DNA from: Candidatus Poribacteria bacterium
GTDB taxonomy: Bacteria; Poribacteria; WGA-4E; WGA-3G
Assembly: GCA_965200395.1 (NCBI GenBank)
Contig: CBDAUH010000002.1
Coordinates: 77,246-141,245 of the forward strand
Direction of reading: 5' to 3'
Length of the DNA stretch: 64,000 nucleotides
Shown piece after piece: positions 21,198 to 31,535 of this stretch. Below the pieces are notes generated by a model. The model was not told where the DNA came from. It saw only the letters and a list, made by a program, of their open reading frames with translations, and ran no database searches. Each line of letters starts with the position of its first letter. The stretch's first letter is position 1. The translations under genes were made by a program, and so were the position numbers.

Positions 21198-21878
21198 ATG
21201 TTAATTGATGTCAAAGACATAACAAAAGTTTATGAGATGGGTGATGTGCAGGTACATGCATTACGAGGTGTGACCTTCACCGTAGAATCCGGTGAATTTA
21301 TTGCAATTATGGGACCCTCAGGTTCTGGTAAATCTACTATGATGGATATCTTGGGATGCCTTGCAACCCCAACAGCAGGTGAATATTTCCTCGAAGGTGA
21401 AGAGGTGGGGAAACTCTCTGATAACAGATTAGCTGACATACGCAATAAGAAGATAGGATTTGTATTTCAATCTTTTAATCTTCTCCCACGAACGAGCGCG
21501 CTCCACAACGTTGAATTACCGCTTATCTATTCAGGTTTAGGTAGAAAAGAACGCAAACGTAGAGCCTTTGAGTCATTAGAGGCAGTTGGATTAGCTGATC
21601 GTGTTGACCACAAATCTACTGAACTTTCAGGCGGGCAGGTACAACGCGTAGCAATTGCGCGTGCCCTTGTAAACAAACCATCAATGATTTTTGCAGATGA
21701 ACCGACAGGGAACTTGGATACACGTTCTGGTGCTGAAATCCTTGCAATTTTTGACCGCCTAAACGAAGAAGGAAATACGATCATCATGGTTACGCATGAA
21801 CCAGAAGTGGCAGAACATGCACGCCGTGTCCTCCACATTCGAGACGGACTCATTGAGCAAGATGAAAGGCGAGACTAA
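21198..21878 (+). CDS. ABC transporter ATP-binding protein (MacB/LolD-like)
   Basis: [49 protein letters not shown]. Confidence 0.93.
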   Translation: MLIDVKDITKVYEMGDVQVHALRGVTFTVESGEFIAIMGPSGSGKSTMMDILGCLATPTAGEYFLEGEEVGKLSDNRLADIRNKKIGFVFQSFNLLPRTSALHNVELPLIYSGLGRKERKRRAFESLEAVGLADRVDHKSTELSGGQVQRVAIARALVNKPSMIFADEPTGNLDTRSGAEILAIFDRLNEEGNTIIMVTHEPEVAEHARRVLHIRDGLIEQDERRD

Positions 21879-22857
21879 AACCGCAATCAAAGAAGTCAGA
21901 ATTACCACGCCAGCCAGACTGCACTTCTCGTTGATAGACTTGAACGGCAAACTCGGACGAATTGATGGAGGATTCGGGTTAGCCATCAATGAACCGAACT
22001 TCCAAATTGTTGCCGAACCATCAACAGAAATCCATGTTGAGGCTAACACATACACAGAACGTGCAAGTGAAATCCTTACACGACTACAAGAATCCTACCA
22101 GTTCCCAGGTATCAAGCTAAGACTAATCTCTGAAATACCAACACATAGTGGTTTCGGTTCTGGTACACAACTCTCGCTCGGCATTGCCAATGCTGTAAAT
22201 ATTCTTTACAATCTAAAGTTAAATGTATCGCAATTAGCCAATGCTGTAGGGCGTGGTGGCACTTCCGGCATCGGTATCGCTGCATTTGATAAAGGCGGAT
22301 TCATTGTAGATGGGGGACATCGCTTCCCTGAACAGAAATCCACTTTTCTCCCATCCGCTGCCGCAGATAATATCTCACCACCTCCAATTCTACTCAGACA
22401 TACTTTCCCGAATTGGAAGCTCCTCATTGTGCTACCCAATTGTTCTCGTATCTATGGCGAGGAAGAATTAAACCTATTTCGGACACTATGTCCGCAACCG
22501 CCATCAGTTGCACCGAGATTATCACACCTACTACTGCTTAAAATTCTCCCCGCTATTCTTGAAAATGATATGGAAAGCTTTGGGAAGGCATTGAACGAAA
22601 TTCAGATGTTCGGATGGAAAAAGGTAGAAATTGACGCACAAGGGTCAGAACTGCAGCAAACACTGGATTTTCTGCAGACGAACGGTGCCTATGGTGCTGG
22701 TGTAAGTAGTTGGGGGCCGGCGATCTGTGCTGTTAGTGAAGATATTGAGGGATTGAAACAGAAAACAGAAGAATTCTTGAGAAGGTTACCGAGTGGCGGT
22801 ACGTGCTTTGTTACATCAGCGAATAACACAGGGCACAAATTAAAAAAAGTTGGCTAA
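21862..22857 (+). CDS. Beta-ribofuranosylaminobenzene 5'-phosphate (beta-RFAP) synthase-like GHMP-family protein
   Basis: [44 protein letters not shown]...[19 protein letters not shown]; start reassigned to ATG 21862. Confidence 0.82.
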   Translation: MKGETKTAIKEVRITTPARLHFSLIDLNGKLGRIDGGFGLAINEPNFQIVAEPSTEIHVEANTYTERASEILTRLQESYQFPGIKLRLISEIPTHSGFGSGTQLSLGIANAVNILYNLKLNVSQLANAVGRGGTSGIGIAAFDKGGFIVDGGHRFPEQKSTFLPSAAADNISPPPILLRHTFPNWKLLIVLPNCSRIYGEEELNLFRTLCPQPPSVAPRLSHLLLLKILPAILENDMESFGKALNEIQMFGWKKVEIDAQGSELQQTLDFLQTNGAYGAGVSSWGPAICAVSEDIEGLKQKTEEFLRRLPSGGTCFVTSANNTGHKLKKVG

Positions 22858-22927
22858 AGCATCAATACCACAGCCAACCGTATTAGTTATTATCTATTAG
22901 ACATTATAGCGATTTAAAGACTCGCGC

Positions 22928-23521
22928 TCATGTCAAGAGTTTGTGCTTTGAACGAGTTTTGATATAAATATTGCAAGAGACCACTTTCACCCCAACAATA
23001 GACAGACGATCATTCGCATAAGTGCCGTGTCCCCGACGCTTATTACCACGCCGACGCGGCGGATCCGAAATGTCATCATGCTTATCGCCTTTCTCACCAG
23101 CGTTCTGAAACATCTCGTCCGTTTCCACTTCAGCATCCGGTAAAGCGTCTTCAGGTTACCCCTGTTCCGCTGAAGCCTGAAGTTCACGACGGATAGAAAG
23201 CACTGTTTGACGGGTGAGACCCAACTCCCGCCCCAGTTGAGCACTCGAAACGCCTTGACAGATACCCCGCAGCAACAGCACAACCTGTGAGGGGCGAAAC
23301 TGCGTGCCAGCAAAGACTGTCCCTGTATAAAGGTTATAGGCACTCCCACACTGTTTGCAGCGATAGACTTGCAGACCACTTATTTTAGTCTGACGGAAAA
23401 TGCGTGCCTCCGACACGGTCGCTTGGCAGTTAGGGCAAGCCAAACCTTGAGGGTGGAAATGATCCAACACCCACGCTTCAGCCTTTTCTTCATCCATAAG
23501 AGATTCTATTGGAAAGTCCAT
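22928..23521 (-). pseudogene. IS1595-family transposase remnant
   Basis: Zn ribbon CPNC...YRCKQC, TGTVF, HTH; in-frame TAA at 23156-23158, then EVETDEMFQNAGEKG...RRGHGT, truncated after IVGV. Confidence 0.8.
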
Positions 23522-23571
23522 AACTCATATCCTAACATAACTTCAAAAAATAGCGCGGACTTTTTACATGA
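22928..23571 (-). mobile_element. Degenerate, internally deleted IS1595-family element
   Basis: Imperfect ~20-bp IR (TCATGTCAAGAGTTTGTGCT vs TCATGTAAAAAGTCCGCGCT); no TSD seen. Confidence 0.7.
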
Positions 23572-23572
23572 T

Positions 23573-25255
23573 CTAAGTTTGTATCTGTATAGCGATTTCA
23601 GGATCATCTTTGATGATACGACTCAGGCCTTCTTCGTAGCCGTAACGTTTGATAAGTTCATTCGCTCGCACAATCCGTTGCGGACTAAACTGCGCGGTTT
23701 TCCCGGTGAGATGGGCTGCCATCTCTTGGGCGAGAAAGTTTGTAGTCTGGGCTTCGGCTTCCTCCTCACGCGTCAGTTGTTCTGCCCACTGTATAAACGC
23801 GTCTATCTCCTGCTGCGACATCTGCCGCATTATTTCTATCTCTTCACGTCTAGCTGCTTCTGCTTCGGCACGCGCTTGTGCTTTGGCACTTTCATAAGCG
23901 GTTTCCTCATCAGATAAATCTGTATCCAACAGCAAAGGCACCTCGTCTTCAGAGGGAGGCACGTCCAAAGCAAAATCGGTGTCAGAAGGGAATGAGGGTT
24001 GATGGGATGCCTCTTCAGGAATATCTAACTTCTCAATGGGTAAAGGTTCTACAAGCGGCGCACCTGCCTCAATCGCATTCAGATGTTTTGCTACAGCAAA
24101 CTGCTGGTGACCTTCACAAACCTGCAACGCTTTCTTCAGATACACCCACGCTGTCTTGTAGTCCCCCAGCTGCTGATAGGCTTGACCCGCACTAAAATGT
24201 CCGTGCCGAGCACCCAGCTCGTGTCCCTTTTGAAAATACGCAACTGCTTGGAAAGGTCTATCTAAATTCATAAGCACATTCGCAGCTTCTATTAACGCAT
24301 GCGGAGAGTCCGGATAGTCTGAAAGGATCGAGTCATATTGCTCTAATGCAGACTTAAGATCACCTGGTCCCCTTGAGGATGTGTCTGCCAAGTAAAGCAG
24401 GGCTTTCAGATGATCGGGGTCGGATGCAACAACACGTTCCGCATACATACGCACCGAACCGTCTGGAACACCCGAACCATTCGGAGATGAAATACTGTAT
24501 AAATAGTCAAATGCCCTTTCATCACTGAGTCGTGAGAGCAGCAACGTATTATAGCGACCATGTTGTTCTAAAAACTGAGCTGCTTCTTCAATATCACGAT
24601 CCCCAACAAGTCTGAGAAGTTCTTCCTCAGCGTATTCCGATTCGGTGAACGGAGGAAGTGGATCCCCTCTTTTGTCAAGTAAGATGGACATCGGATCGGG
24701 GATATTACGCTGTCTGCCGACCATTTCTACGCGATTTAAACCGAGTACTGGGTGTCTATCATTTAAGTCTATCTCCTCACCTTGCAACGATTTTCGTGCA
24801 TTCTGTTCCCTTTCCAACAACCGAACTTTGTATGCTATCTCCTCTGGGAGTAGGTCATAATGACGCTTACCGGGGGAACGCGATCTGCCACTAGTGTGTC
24901 CATATTTCCACGTAATCCATCCGAGACTACTTTTGTTGGCAGTATTTTGGCGCGGCGCACGCCGTGTTGTGGATCCCCTTTTCGGGACAGAACGATTACT
25001 ATTTCCTAATACCGTTTGCGGTGTTTCTGCGTGGAAGGTGCCATCTGCATGAAAATGTCCGACAGATGTGGAGTGCTTTGTGCTCAGGCGGGGGACAGGG
25101 ATTTCAACATCTGTCTCAGATGGAGAAACTTGTAGTGCCTCTTTGGCATTGCGTTGATTATGAATGAAACCCCTGATGCCGAAGATTACAATCAGAACTA
25201 CTACACAGATTAGACTGTATAGTAGATACTTTATTGTATATTTTATTACTGACAT
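23573..25255 (-). CDS. Membrane-anchored TPR-containing protein
   Basis: N-terminal TM, GHFHADGTFHAE motif, TPR-like GQAYQQLGDYKTAWVYLKKAL; RBS AAAGGAG before ATG 25255. Confidence 0.65.
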   Translation of the reverse strand: MSVIKYTIKYLLYSLICVVVLIVIFGIRGFIHNQRNAKEALQVSPSETDVEIPVPRLSTKHSTSVGHFHADGTFHAETPQTVLGNSNRSVPKRGSTTRRAPRQNTANKSSLGWITWKYGHTSGRSRSPGKRHYDLLPEEIAYKVRLLEREQNARKSLQGEEIDLNDRHPVLGLNRVEMVGRQRNIPDPMSILLDKRGDPLPPFTESEYAEEELLRLVGDRDIEEAAQFLEQHGRYNTLLLSRLSDERAFDYLYSISSPNGSGVPDGSVRMYAERVVASDPDHLKALLYLADTSSRGPGDLKSALEQYDSILSDYPDSPHALIEAANVLMNLDRPFQAVAYFQKGHELGARHGHFSAGQAYQQLGDYKTAWVYLKKALQVCEGHQQFAVAKHLNAIEAGAPLVEPLPIEKLDIPEEASHQPSFPSDTDFALDVPPSEDEVPLLLDTDLSDEETAYESAKAQARAEAEAARREEIEIMRQMSQQEIDAFIQWAEQLTREEEAEAQTTNFLAQEMAAHLTGKTAQFSPQRIVRANELIKRYGYEEGLSRIIKDDPEIAIQIQT

Positions 25256-25296
25256 GCCGATGTCTCCTTTTGCTTTATGCAAAATTAGAGGTTTAT

Positions 25297-25525
25297 TCTA
25301 CTGCAGCAACCTGTTCAGATGGTAGTAAATACGAGAATCCGAGACCTTAAAACGATATGAGGACCTTAAAACGATATGAGAAAAAGTTAGTAAGAGAGCA
25401 ACAGCAAACTGAAAACAAAAGCAGAGCTGCGCGGCATTCCCGTCACCGAAGCATCCCAATTCTTTGCATCCAGCAAAACCTGTAGCAACTGCGGACATAA
25501 GAAAGATACTTTGTCATTGTCAGAT
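25297..25525 (+). pseudogene. tnpB: Decayed TnpB (IS200/IS605 OrfB) relic
   Basis: Translates to STAATCSDGSKYENPRP/LKRYEKKLVREQQ, then KAELRGIPVTEASQFFASSKTCSNCGHKKDTLSLSD; frameshifted, with a 19-bp tandem duplication. Confidence 0.75.
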
Positions 25526-26139
25526 TACCCATGTCCAGAAGCATAATAAGGATTAGTTCCCGATGCATGGTCGGTTGTGTCAATGACTTGCTTAATCTCT
25601 GGAAATACTTCCTGAATCATCGCTTCTATACCATGTTTGAGCGTTGCATTTGCCATGCCGCAGCCCTGGCAACCACCACCCATGTGAATATAGATGGCAT
25701 CATCTTCAACGTTCAGTAATTCAATTTGTCCACCGTGTGCCGCGACAGCAGGATTAATTCGCTCATCAATCAACTCTTGAATCTTCTGTGCTTTTGGATT
25801 GTCCCAGGTCGGCTTGTTCGGATTATCTATCTTAAAGCCACTGGAATTAAGGTCCTCAACATAGTCAATGACTGCACCTTTAAGGTCTGGTGCGCTTTTT
25901 GAATCCACCAAGACCTTAAAAGCATCCATTTCAATGACAATATCGTCCTCCTCGGCATCCGTTGCCAAACCGAGGCTATATTGGAAATCGGAAGCACTGC
26001 GCCCTTCAATACTGATCCGCAGTCCCGCCACCTCCACATCTTCAGCATCAATTACATCTTGAATCTTATCTTGCGCGGTTTTTGTCACCGTCAATAAAGG
26101 AGTTTCGGACCCAGCGAGTTTTTTAAATAGATTCTTCAT
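25525..26139 (-). CDS. nfuA: Fe-S cluster biogenesis protein NfuA (degenerate A-type domain + NifU-C)
   Basis: GAVIDYVE....GFKIDNPN, INPAVAAHGG, MGGGCQGCGMA, IDTTDHASGTNPYY. Confidence 0.9.
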   Translation of the reverse strand: MKNLFKKLAGSETPLLTVTKTAQDKIQDVIDAEDVEVAGLRISIEGRSASDFQYSLGLATDAEEDDIVIEMDAFKVLVDSKSAPDLKGAVIDYVEDLNSSGFKIDNPNKPTWDNPKAQKIQELIDERINPAVAAHGGQIELLNVEDDAIYIHMGGGCQGCGMANATLKHGIEAMIQEVFPEIKQVIDTTDHASGTNPYYASGHG

Positions 26140-26161
26140 AAGTTCCCCTTAGATATCCAAC

Positions 26162-27130
26162 TCAAGCTGCTGTTTTATCAGCATTATAATCTGTTCGGAA
26201 TTCACCCATTTCGTTGTAAAGGCTGCTTAATTGCGAAATTGCATAAATTTCTAACTGCCGAATACGTTCTCGTGTAACATCAAGGGCATCGCCGATTTCG
26301 CGTAGTGTTTTACGTTCCCCATCTTCAAGTCCAAATCGCATCTTAAGAACCTGCTGCTCACGCTCAGAAAGTTTGCTCAGGAACTGTTGTACCAAATCAT
26401 GTGTGATCAATTGCGCAATCGCGCCGTCTTCGGAAGTCGTTGCAGGGTCTTCAATCAAATCTCCCAATGTAGCAGAATTCCGGGATGAGCGTTCATCACC
26501 CAATGGTAAATCCATCGAAATAGTATCAGCATTGAATGTAAGAATTTCCTCTACTTGCTGAACAGATAAGTCAAGTGCCTCAGCGATCTCAGCACGTGTC
26601 GGCTCACGTTGAAGTTCTTGACATAGTGCAGCATAGGTTGCATCAAACTTATTCATCTTAGCAACAATATACGCAGGCAACCGAATAGACCGTGCAAAGT
26701 TATCAAGTGTCCGCATAATCGATTGCTTAATCCACCAGATTGCATACGTACTAAACTTAAAGCCTTTTCGATAATCAAACTTACTCACAGCTTTAATTAA
26801 TCCAATATTTCCTTCTTGAATTAAATCCTCGAGTGGGACTTTATTGCCTTGATACTTAACCGCAATAGAAATGACAAGACGCAGGTTAGCCTGAACAAGC
26901 TCATCGCGCGCCGCCGTATCTCCTGCCTCAATTCGCTTTGCTAATTCAACCTCTTCTTCGCGAGTTAACAATCGATGCCCCGCGACACTTCGTAACCAGC
27001 TCGTTAGAGCACTCCTATCACTACCTTTGTAGTCATTTGCATATTCTGTTTCTTCCGAAGGATACACCTCATCCATTAATGTGTCAACACCTTCAATATC
27101 TTCCGTTTCACCGAAGAACTCGGTTTCCAT
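26162..27130 (-). CDS. RNA polymerase sigma70-family factor lacking region 1.1 (group 2 / RpoS-like)
   Basis: [55 protein letters not shown]...TLREIG...[10 protein letters not shown]; start ATG 27130 after AAGGAGAGGAG. Confidence 0.9.
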   Translation of the reverse strand: METEFFGETEDIEGVDTLMDEVYPSEETEYANDYKGSDRSALTSWLRSVAGHRLLTREEEVELAKRIEAGDTAARDELVQANLRLVISIAVKYQGNKVPLEDLIQEGNIGLIKAVSKFDYRKGFKFSTYAIWWIKQSIMRTLDNFARSIRLPAYIVAKMNKFDATYAALCQELQREPTRAEIAEALDLSVQQVEEILTFNADTISMDLPLGDERSSRNSATLGDLIEDPATTSEDGAIAQLITHDLVQQFLSKLSEREQQVLKMRFGLEDGERKTLREIGDALDVTRERIRQLEIYAISQLSSLYNEMGEFRTDYNADKTAA

Positions 27131-27183
27131 TCTTCTCCTCTCCTTAGTATAAAACTTCAATAAAAAATCTGCCAAATACATAT

Positions 27184-27211
27184 ATTACAATACACTATAA
27201 CGTATTGTCAA
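27184..27211 (-). promoter_or_regulatory. Putative sigma70 promoter for the sigma factor gene
   Basis: Minus strand TTGACA-16bp-TGTAAT about 55 bp upstream of the start. Confidence 0.4.
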
Positions 27212-27368
27212 GCAAATTGTTTAAAAAAAATGGATAAAATTGTGAAATTATTACTGAAAACCTTGAAAATACCATTTTTCACCACTTTTTTCTCAAATTA
27301 CGAACATAAACAAGGTTCTTTAGTCTAAACAATAAATTGCCATGTAAATTTTGCTCAAACTTAGATAG

Positions 27369-27461
27369 CGTGAGTTCGATGTCCGAAATATGAAGACCAT
27401 TTTGTAGCATAACCTTTCCAGGTTGTGCATCCTACAAAAAATGTCTTATTCCAAACTCACG
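27369..27461. repeat. GTAG-type REP enclosed in short terminal IRs (MITE-like unit)
   Basis: CGTGAGTT...GTAGCATAACCTTTCCAGGTTGTGC...AACTCACG. Confidence 0.75.
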
Positions 27462-27754
27462 TTAAGTGTAGTATTTTGTGGGGAGACATTAAACTATTTT
27501 ACATGCCATATCGTCTTAAATAGATAAATTCAAGATAGAACATATACAGATGTCCATTCCGAAACTTGATTAATAAAGTTTCATAAATCCCACACAATAT
27601 TACTTTTCTTAGGCATAAACCACACCCGTGGTAATATAGAAATCTGGTTAAACCAAAAACTATGTATAGTGTGTACTGCTGATTTTAAACTAATTTAGCT
27701 TTCTTACGTCAAAAAAACTCTGATTATCAGCAAACCAATGAGGAACTATAAATT

Positions 27755-29644
27755 ATGTACGGCACCCCTGTTAAGAAATCCCTCGTAGAAGTACTACGCG
27801 AAGCAGACTTGATCTCAGATCAGGATTATCATGAAATTCATGAAAAAATACTTGAAGGTTGGGTGAATAAACCGATCCAATCGGACGGTGATGCAGATGT
27901 TAGTGACGATCAGGCGGGTTTGCAGAGCTACCACCAAATCCTTAATGAAATAGAAAAAGCAGGCGAATCTGAGGAGTCAATCATATCAGAGTACGTGTCA
28001 CCGAGAATCCTTGAACTTGCCAAAAAAGGACGTGAATACGGAACACCTATAACACACTTAGATGATATCAATCCAGAAAAGGAAGCACTTGACAAGGTAC
28101 AACCAAGTTTCGCTAACCGCAATAAGGTTTTTCCAATACAGCTTGAAGACAATATCCTCACTATAGCAGTATCGGACATTCAAGATGTAATGTTGATTGA
28201 CCAAATACGTTATTTCACAGAGTGTGAATTGAATCTTCTTCTTGCCGATGAAGATGAGATTACAGAGGCTATCGTTCGGTTTTACGGTAGGGATGCCGCA
28301 TCAATCCTGAGTGCAGGTATCAAAGGCCCAGTCGGTGCTGCTGCCACAATTGAGCGCGCAAGTATTGAAGACTTCGGTATTGATGAAAAAGACCTCAGCG
28401 AAGACCCGACAGTCGTCGATGCAGTTTATCAGATGATCATTGACGCTGTACGGGCAGGTGCAAGTGATATCCATATTGAACCCTATCCGAGTGAACTAAA
28501 GATTCGTTATCGTGTTGATGGTGTATTAGAAGATCAACCACAACCGCCCGCGTATCTCCAGTCCGCGATTACCTCACGTATCAAAATTCTCGCGGAGATG
28601 GATGTAGCAGAACGCCGCCGTCCACAGGATGGCAAAATTAATATGGAGATCGGCAGCCTCGGTGGTCGTCAAATAGACCTTCGTGTTTCTACAGTACCTA
28701 CTGTCGCTACGCAGCATAGTGAAAGTGTTGTACTCCGTATTCTTGACCGTCAATCTATCGAATTTGGATTAACAGAACTCGGTCTTACACACGATAATTT
28801 TGATCTTTTCCAACGGATGATACATAAACCACACGGAATTATTCTGGCAACAGGTCCCACGGGTAGTGGAAAAACCACATCACTTTATGCATGCTTGAAA
28901 GAGATTAACACGCCGCACGTCAAAATTATTACACTCGAAGACCCTGTTGAATATGAATTAGAAGGGATCAATCAAGTTCAAGTTAATCCTGAAATCGGTT
29001 TCTCATTCGCAAATGGGCTACGCCATATTTTACGGCAAGACCCTGATAAGGTGTTAGTCGGTGAAATTCGTGATGAGGAAACTGCGGAGATGGCAATTCA
29101 TACCTCACTTACAGGACATCTTGTATTTAGTACGCTCCACACAAACGACGCACCTGGTGCTATCACACGTCTGATTGACATGGGTGTCGAACCGTATTTA
29201 GTCGCTTCGACATTGGAAGGGATCATTGCACAGCGTCTAGCAAGGCGTGTCTGCCGCTCATGTTGTGAGATGTATCGACCAAGTAAAGAGGATATTGCCG
29301 GGCTCTTTAGCAACAATGGTGTCAGTGTATCAACTGATCTTGAAATTCCACGCGCTAACGATGATGGCTGCAAAGAGTGCCGGGGTAGAGGTTATAAAGG
29401 TAGAATCGGTATTTTTGAAGTTATTTATATGTCTGAAGAATTGCGTTCACTTTCACTTGAACGCCCCTCAACCAGTGAACTACGTCAACTTGCAATGAAA
29501 ATGGGCATGCGGAGTCTACGCGAGGATGGATGGCAAAAGATAACTGCTGGACAAACAACTATTGCAGAAGTGACTCGACTTACACAAGAAGACGTTTACG
29601 ATTTTAACGAGGATGATACACTCAGCTCTGAATCAGAGTTGTAA
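27755..29644 (+). CDS. gspE: Type II secretion/pilus assembly ATPase (GspE/PilB family)
   Basis: ASDIHIEP, RRPQDG, TGPTGSGKTT, TLEDPVEY, LRQDPD...GEIRD, TGHLVFSTLHTN, tetra-Cys motif. Confidence 0.92.
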   Translation: MYGTPVKKSLVEVLREADLISDQDYHEIHEKILEGWVNKPIQSDGDADVSDDQAGLQSYHQILNEIEKAGESEESIISEYVSPRILELAKKGREYGTPITHLDDINPEKEALDKVQPSFANRNKVFPIQLEDNILTIAVSDIQDVMLIDQIRYFTECELNLLLADEDEITEAIVRFYGRDAASILSAGIKGPVGAAATIERASIEDFGIDEKDLSEDPTVVDAVYQMIIDAVRAGASDIHIEPYPSELKIRYRVDGVLEDQPQPPAYLQSAITSRIKILAEMDVAERRRPQDGKINMEIGSLGGRQIDLRVSTVPTVATQHSESVVLRILDRQSIEFGLTELGLTHDNFDLFQRMIHKPHGIILATGPTGSGKTTSLYACLKEINTPHVKIITLEDPVEYELEGINQVQVNPEIGFSFANGLRHILRQDPDKVLVGEIRDEETAEMAIHTSLTGHLVFSTLHTNDAPGAITRLIDMGVEPYLVASTLEGIIAQRLARRVCRSCCEMYRPSKEDIAGLFSNNGVSVSTDLEIPRANDDGCKECRGRGYKGRIGIFEVIYMSEELRSLSLERPSTSELRQLAMKMGMRSLREDGWQKITAGQTTIAEVTRLTQEDVYDFNEDDTLSSESEL

Positions 29645-29704
29645 GGACTAACTTGTAATTCCTCTTAAACAACTTATAAAATTGCTTTCAATGAGAGATT
29701 AACA

Positions 29705-30931
29705 ATGCCAAGATTTCAATATGAAGCCATCACCAATGCCGGACAAACTGTCAGCAGTACCTTAGAAGCTGATTCCAGAGGAGAACTTATATCCCAATTG
29801 ACGCAGATGGGATACTGGCCAACGAAAGTTGTAGAAGAGGGTGAAATCCTTGAAACCAAAGCTAAACGTTTAATTGGCATCGGAACGCGGAAGATCAAAC
29901 CGGCTGAAGTAGAATTTTTTACGTATCAGTTGGCAGCATTGGTGAACGCACACGTCGCCCTCCCGCGCGCGATAGAAGTCACATTAGAACAGATTTCGAA
30001 TCCAGAGTTGAACCGAGTCATCTCGCAAGTCAAATATGACGTTGAACACGGAGCAACATTTAACGATGCCTTGAAAGAGCATCCAAAGGTTTTTTCTGAA
30101 CTTTATGTTAACATGGTCAAAGCGGGAGAAGCTGGGGGCGTATTAGGTGAGGTATTAGAACGTTTAGCTGAATTTGCTGAACGTCAACGCCTCCTAAAAA
30201 ACCAAGTTGTCTCTGCCTTGTTCTATCCAGCTATCCTCTTCGGACTAATGATGTTATCCGTTGCTGTTTTGATGATCTTCGTTATTCCGAAGTTCACGGA
30301 AATGTTTGCGGATCTTGGAGGTGAATTACCATTTCCCACACTCGTCCTTATCGGTATTTCAGATACGCTGGCGAGTTATTGGTGGATAGGGATATTAGTC
30401 GCTGCTCCTATCTTTATATTACTCAGAAATTACCTGCAGACAGATACCGGCAAAATGCAGTTTGATAAATTAAAAACGAAGTTACCGCTTGTAGGAGAAA
30501 TATTTAGCACATTTGCCGTTGTTCGCTTTACACGTACGTTAGCAACCCTATTGGAAAACGGTGTCCGTATGTTGCCTGCTTTACAAGTCGTAAAAGATAC
30601 CATCGGCAACAAGTTTTATAGCAATATCATTGCCGAAACAGAAATAGAAGTGGAACAAGGATCAACACTATCCCGAGAACTTGAAAGGCGTAAAGACTTT
30701 CCTACGCTCGTCACCCACATGATCGCTGTAGGTGAAGAATCTGGAGAACCTGTTACGATGTTAACAAAGTTATCTGAATACTACGATATGGAAATTAAGA
30801 AAAGTCTTGAAAGGGTAACAGGTTCAATAGGACCTATAGTTATCCTGATAATGGGGCTGCTCATCGGATTTATCGCTGTAGCAATGATTTTGCCAATATT
30901 CGAAGTGAACACTTTGATCGACCAAGGGTAA
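29705..30931 (+). CDS. gspF: Type II secretion inner membrane platform protein (GspF/PilC)
   Basis: MPRFQYEA, YVNMVKAGEAGG, SALFYP, VIPKF..MF...G.ELP..T, MIAVGEESG, ILPIF. Confidence 0.92.
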   Translation: MPRFQYEAITNAGQTVSSTLEADSRGELISQLTQMGYWPTKVVEEGEILETKAKRLIGIGTRKIKPAEVEFFTYQLAALVNAHVALPRAIEVTLEQISNPELNRVISQVKYDVEHGATFNDALKEHPKVFSELYVNMVKAGEAGGVLGEVLERLAEFAERQRLLKNQVVSALFYPAILFGLMMLSVAVLMIFVIPKFTEMFADLGGELPFPTLVLIGISDTLASYWWIGILVAAPIFILLRNYLQTDTGKMQFDKLKTKLPLVGEIFSTFAVVRFTRTLATLLENGVRMLPALQVVKDTIGNKFYSNIIAETEIEVEQGSTLSRELERRKDFPTLVTHMIAVGEESGEPVTMLTKLSEYYDMEIKKSLERVTGSIGPIVILIMGLLIGFIAVAMILPIFEVNTLIDQG

Positions 30932-31039
30932 CAGGTTCAATCTCAAATATTCTAAACTATCACGAAACATATATGTCTAAACATAGAGAAATAGAACACA
31001 AAAACGTGTGTATTACACAAACATAAGGAGTAAGTTACA

Positions 31040-31501
31040 ATGTTTAAACAGATTAAAACAGACGAATCAGGACTAACACTGATTGAGTTGACGATCGTCA
31101 TCGCGATTTTAGGTATTCTGGCTGCATTTATCGCCCCTCGCGTGATAAATGCTATTGACGATGCCAATGTTGGGAAAGCACAGACAGAGATCGCTAATCT
31201 TCGAGTATCATTATCAAAATTTTCGATAGATGTTGGCAGATATCCATCATCGGAAGAGGGGTTGGATGCGTTATGGCGTTCTCCAAGCCAGGAACTTACA
31301 AACTGGCGAGGGCCTTACGTAGAGGACCCAATTTCCGTAGATCCCTGGGGCAATGATTATGTCTATCGCTACCCCGGAACACACTATGGATATGATTACG
31401 ATCTGATGTCTTACGGTAAAGATGGAAAGCTTGGCGGTGAAGATTTTAACAAAGATATCACCAATTGGGTTGACGAACAAGAATCTGCCAGCACTCGGTA
31501 A
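31040..31501 (+). CDS. gspG: Major pseudopilin GspG
   Basis: Prepilin motif G/LTLIEL, DVGRYPSSEEGLDAL, NWRGPY, DPWGNDYVYRYPG, SYGKDGKLGGE. Confidence 0.93.
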   Translation: MFKQIKTDESGLTLIELTIVIAILGILAAFIAPRVINAIDDANVGKAQTEIANLRVSLSKFSIDVGRYPSSEEGLDALWRSPSQELTNWRGPYVEDPISVDPWGNDYVYRYPGTHYGYDYDLMSYGKDGKLGGEDFNKDITNWVDEQESASTR

Positions 31502-31535
31502 AACCAAATTGTTAGAAAAAATTAAACCCCGCAGA

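Noticed and set aside
27770-27850. MshEN c-di-GMP-binding motif at the GspE N-terminus
   Set aside because: KSLVEVLREADLIS lacks the RLG and GLI residues; fold may be related but binding is unsupported
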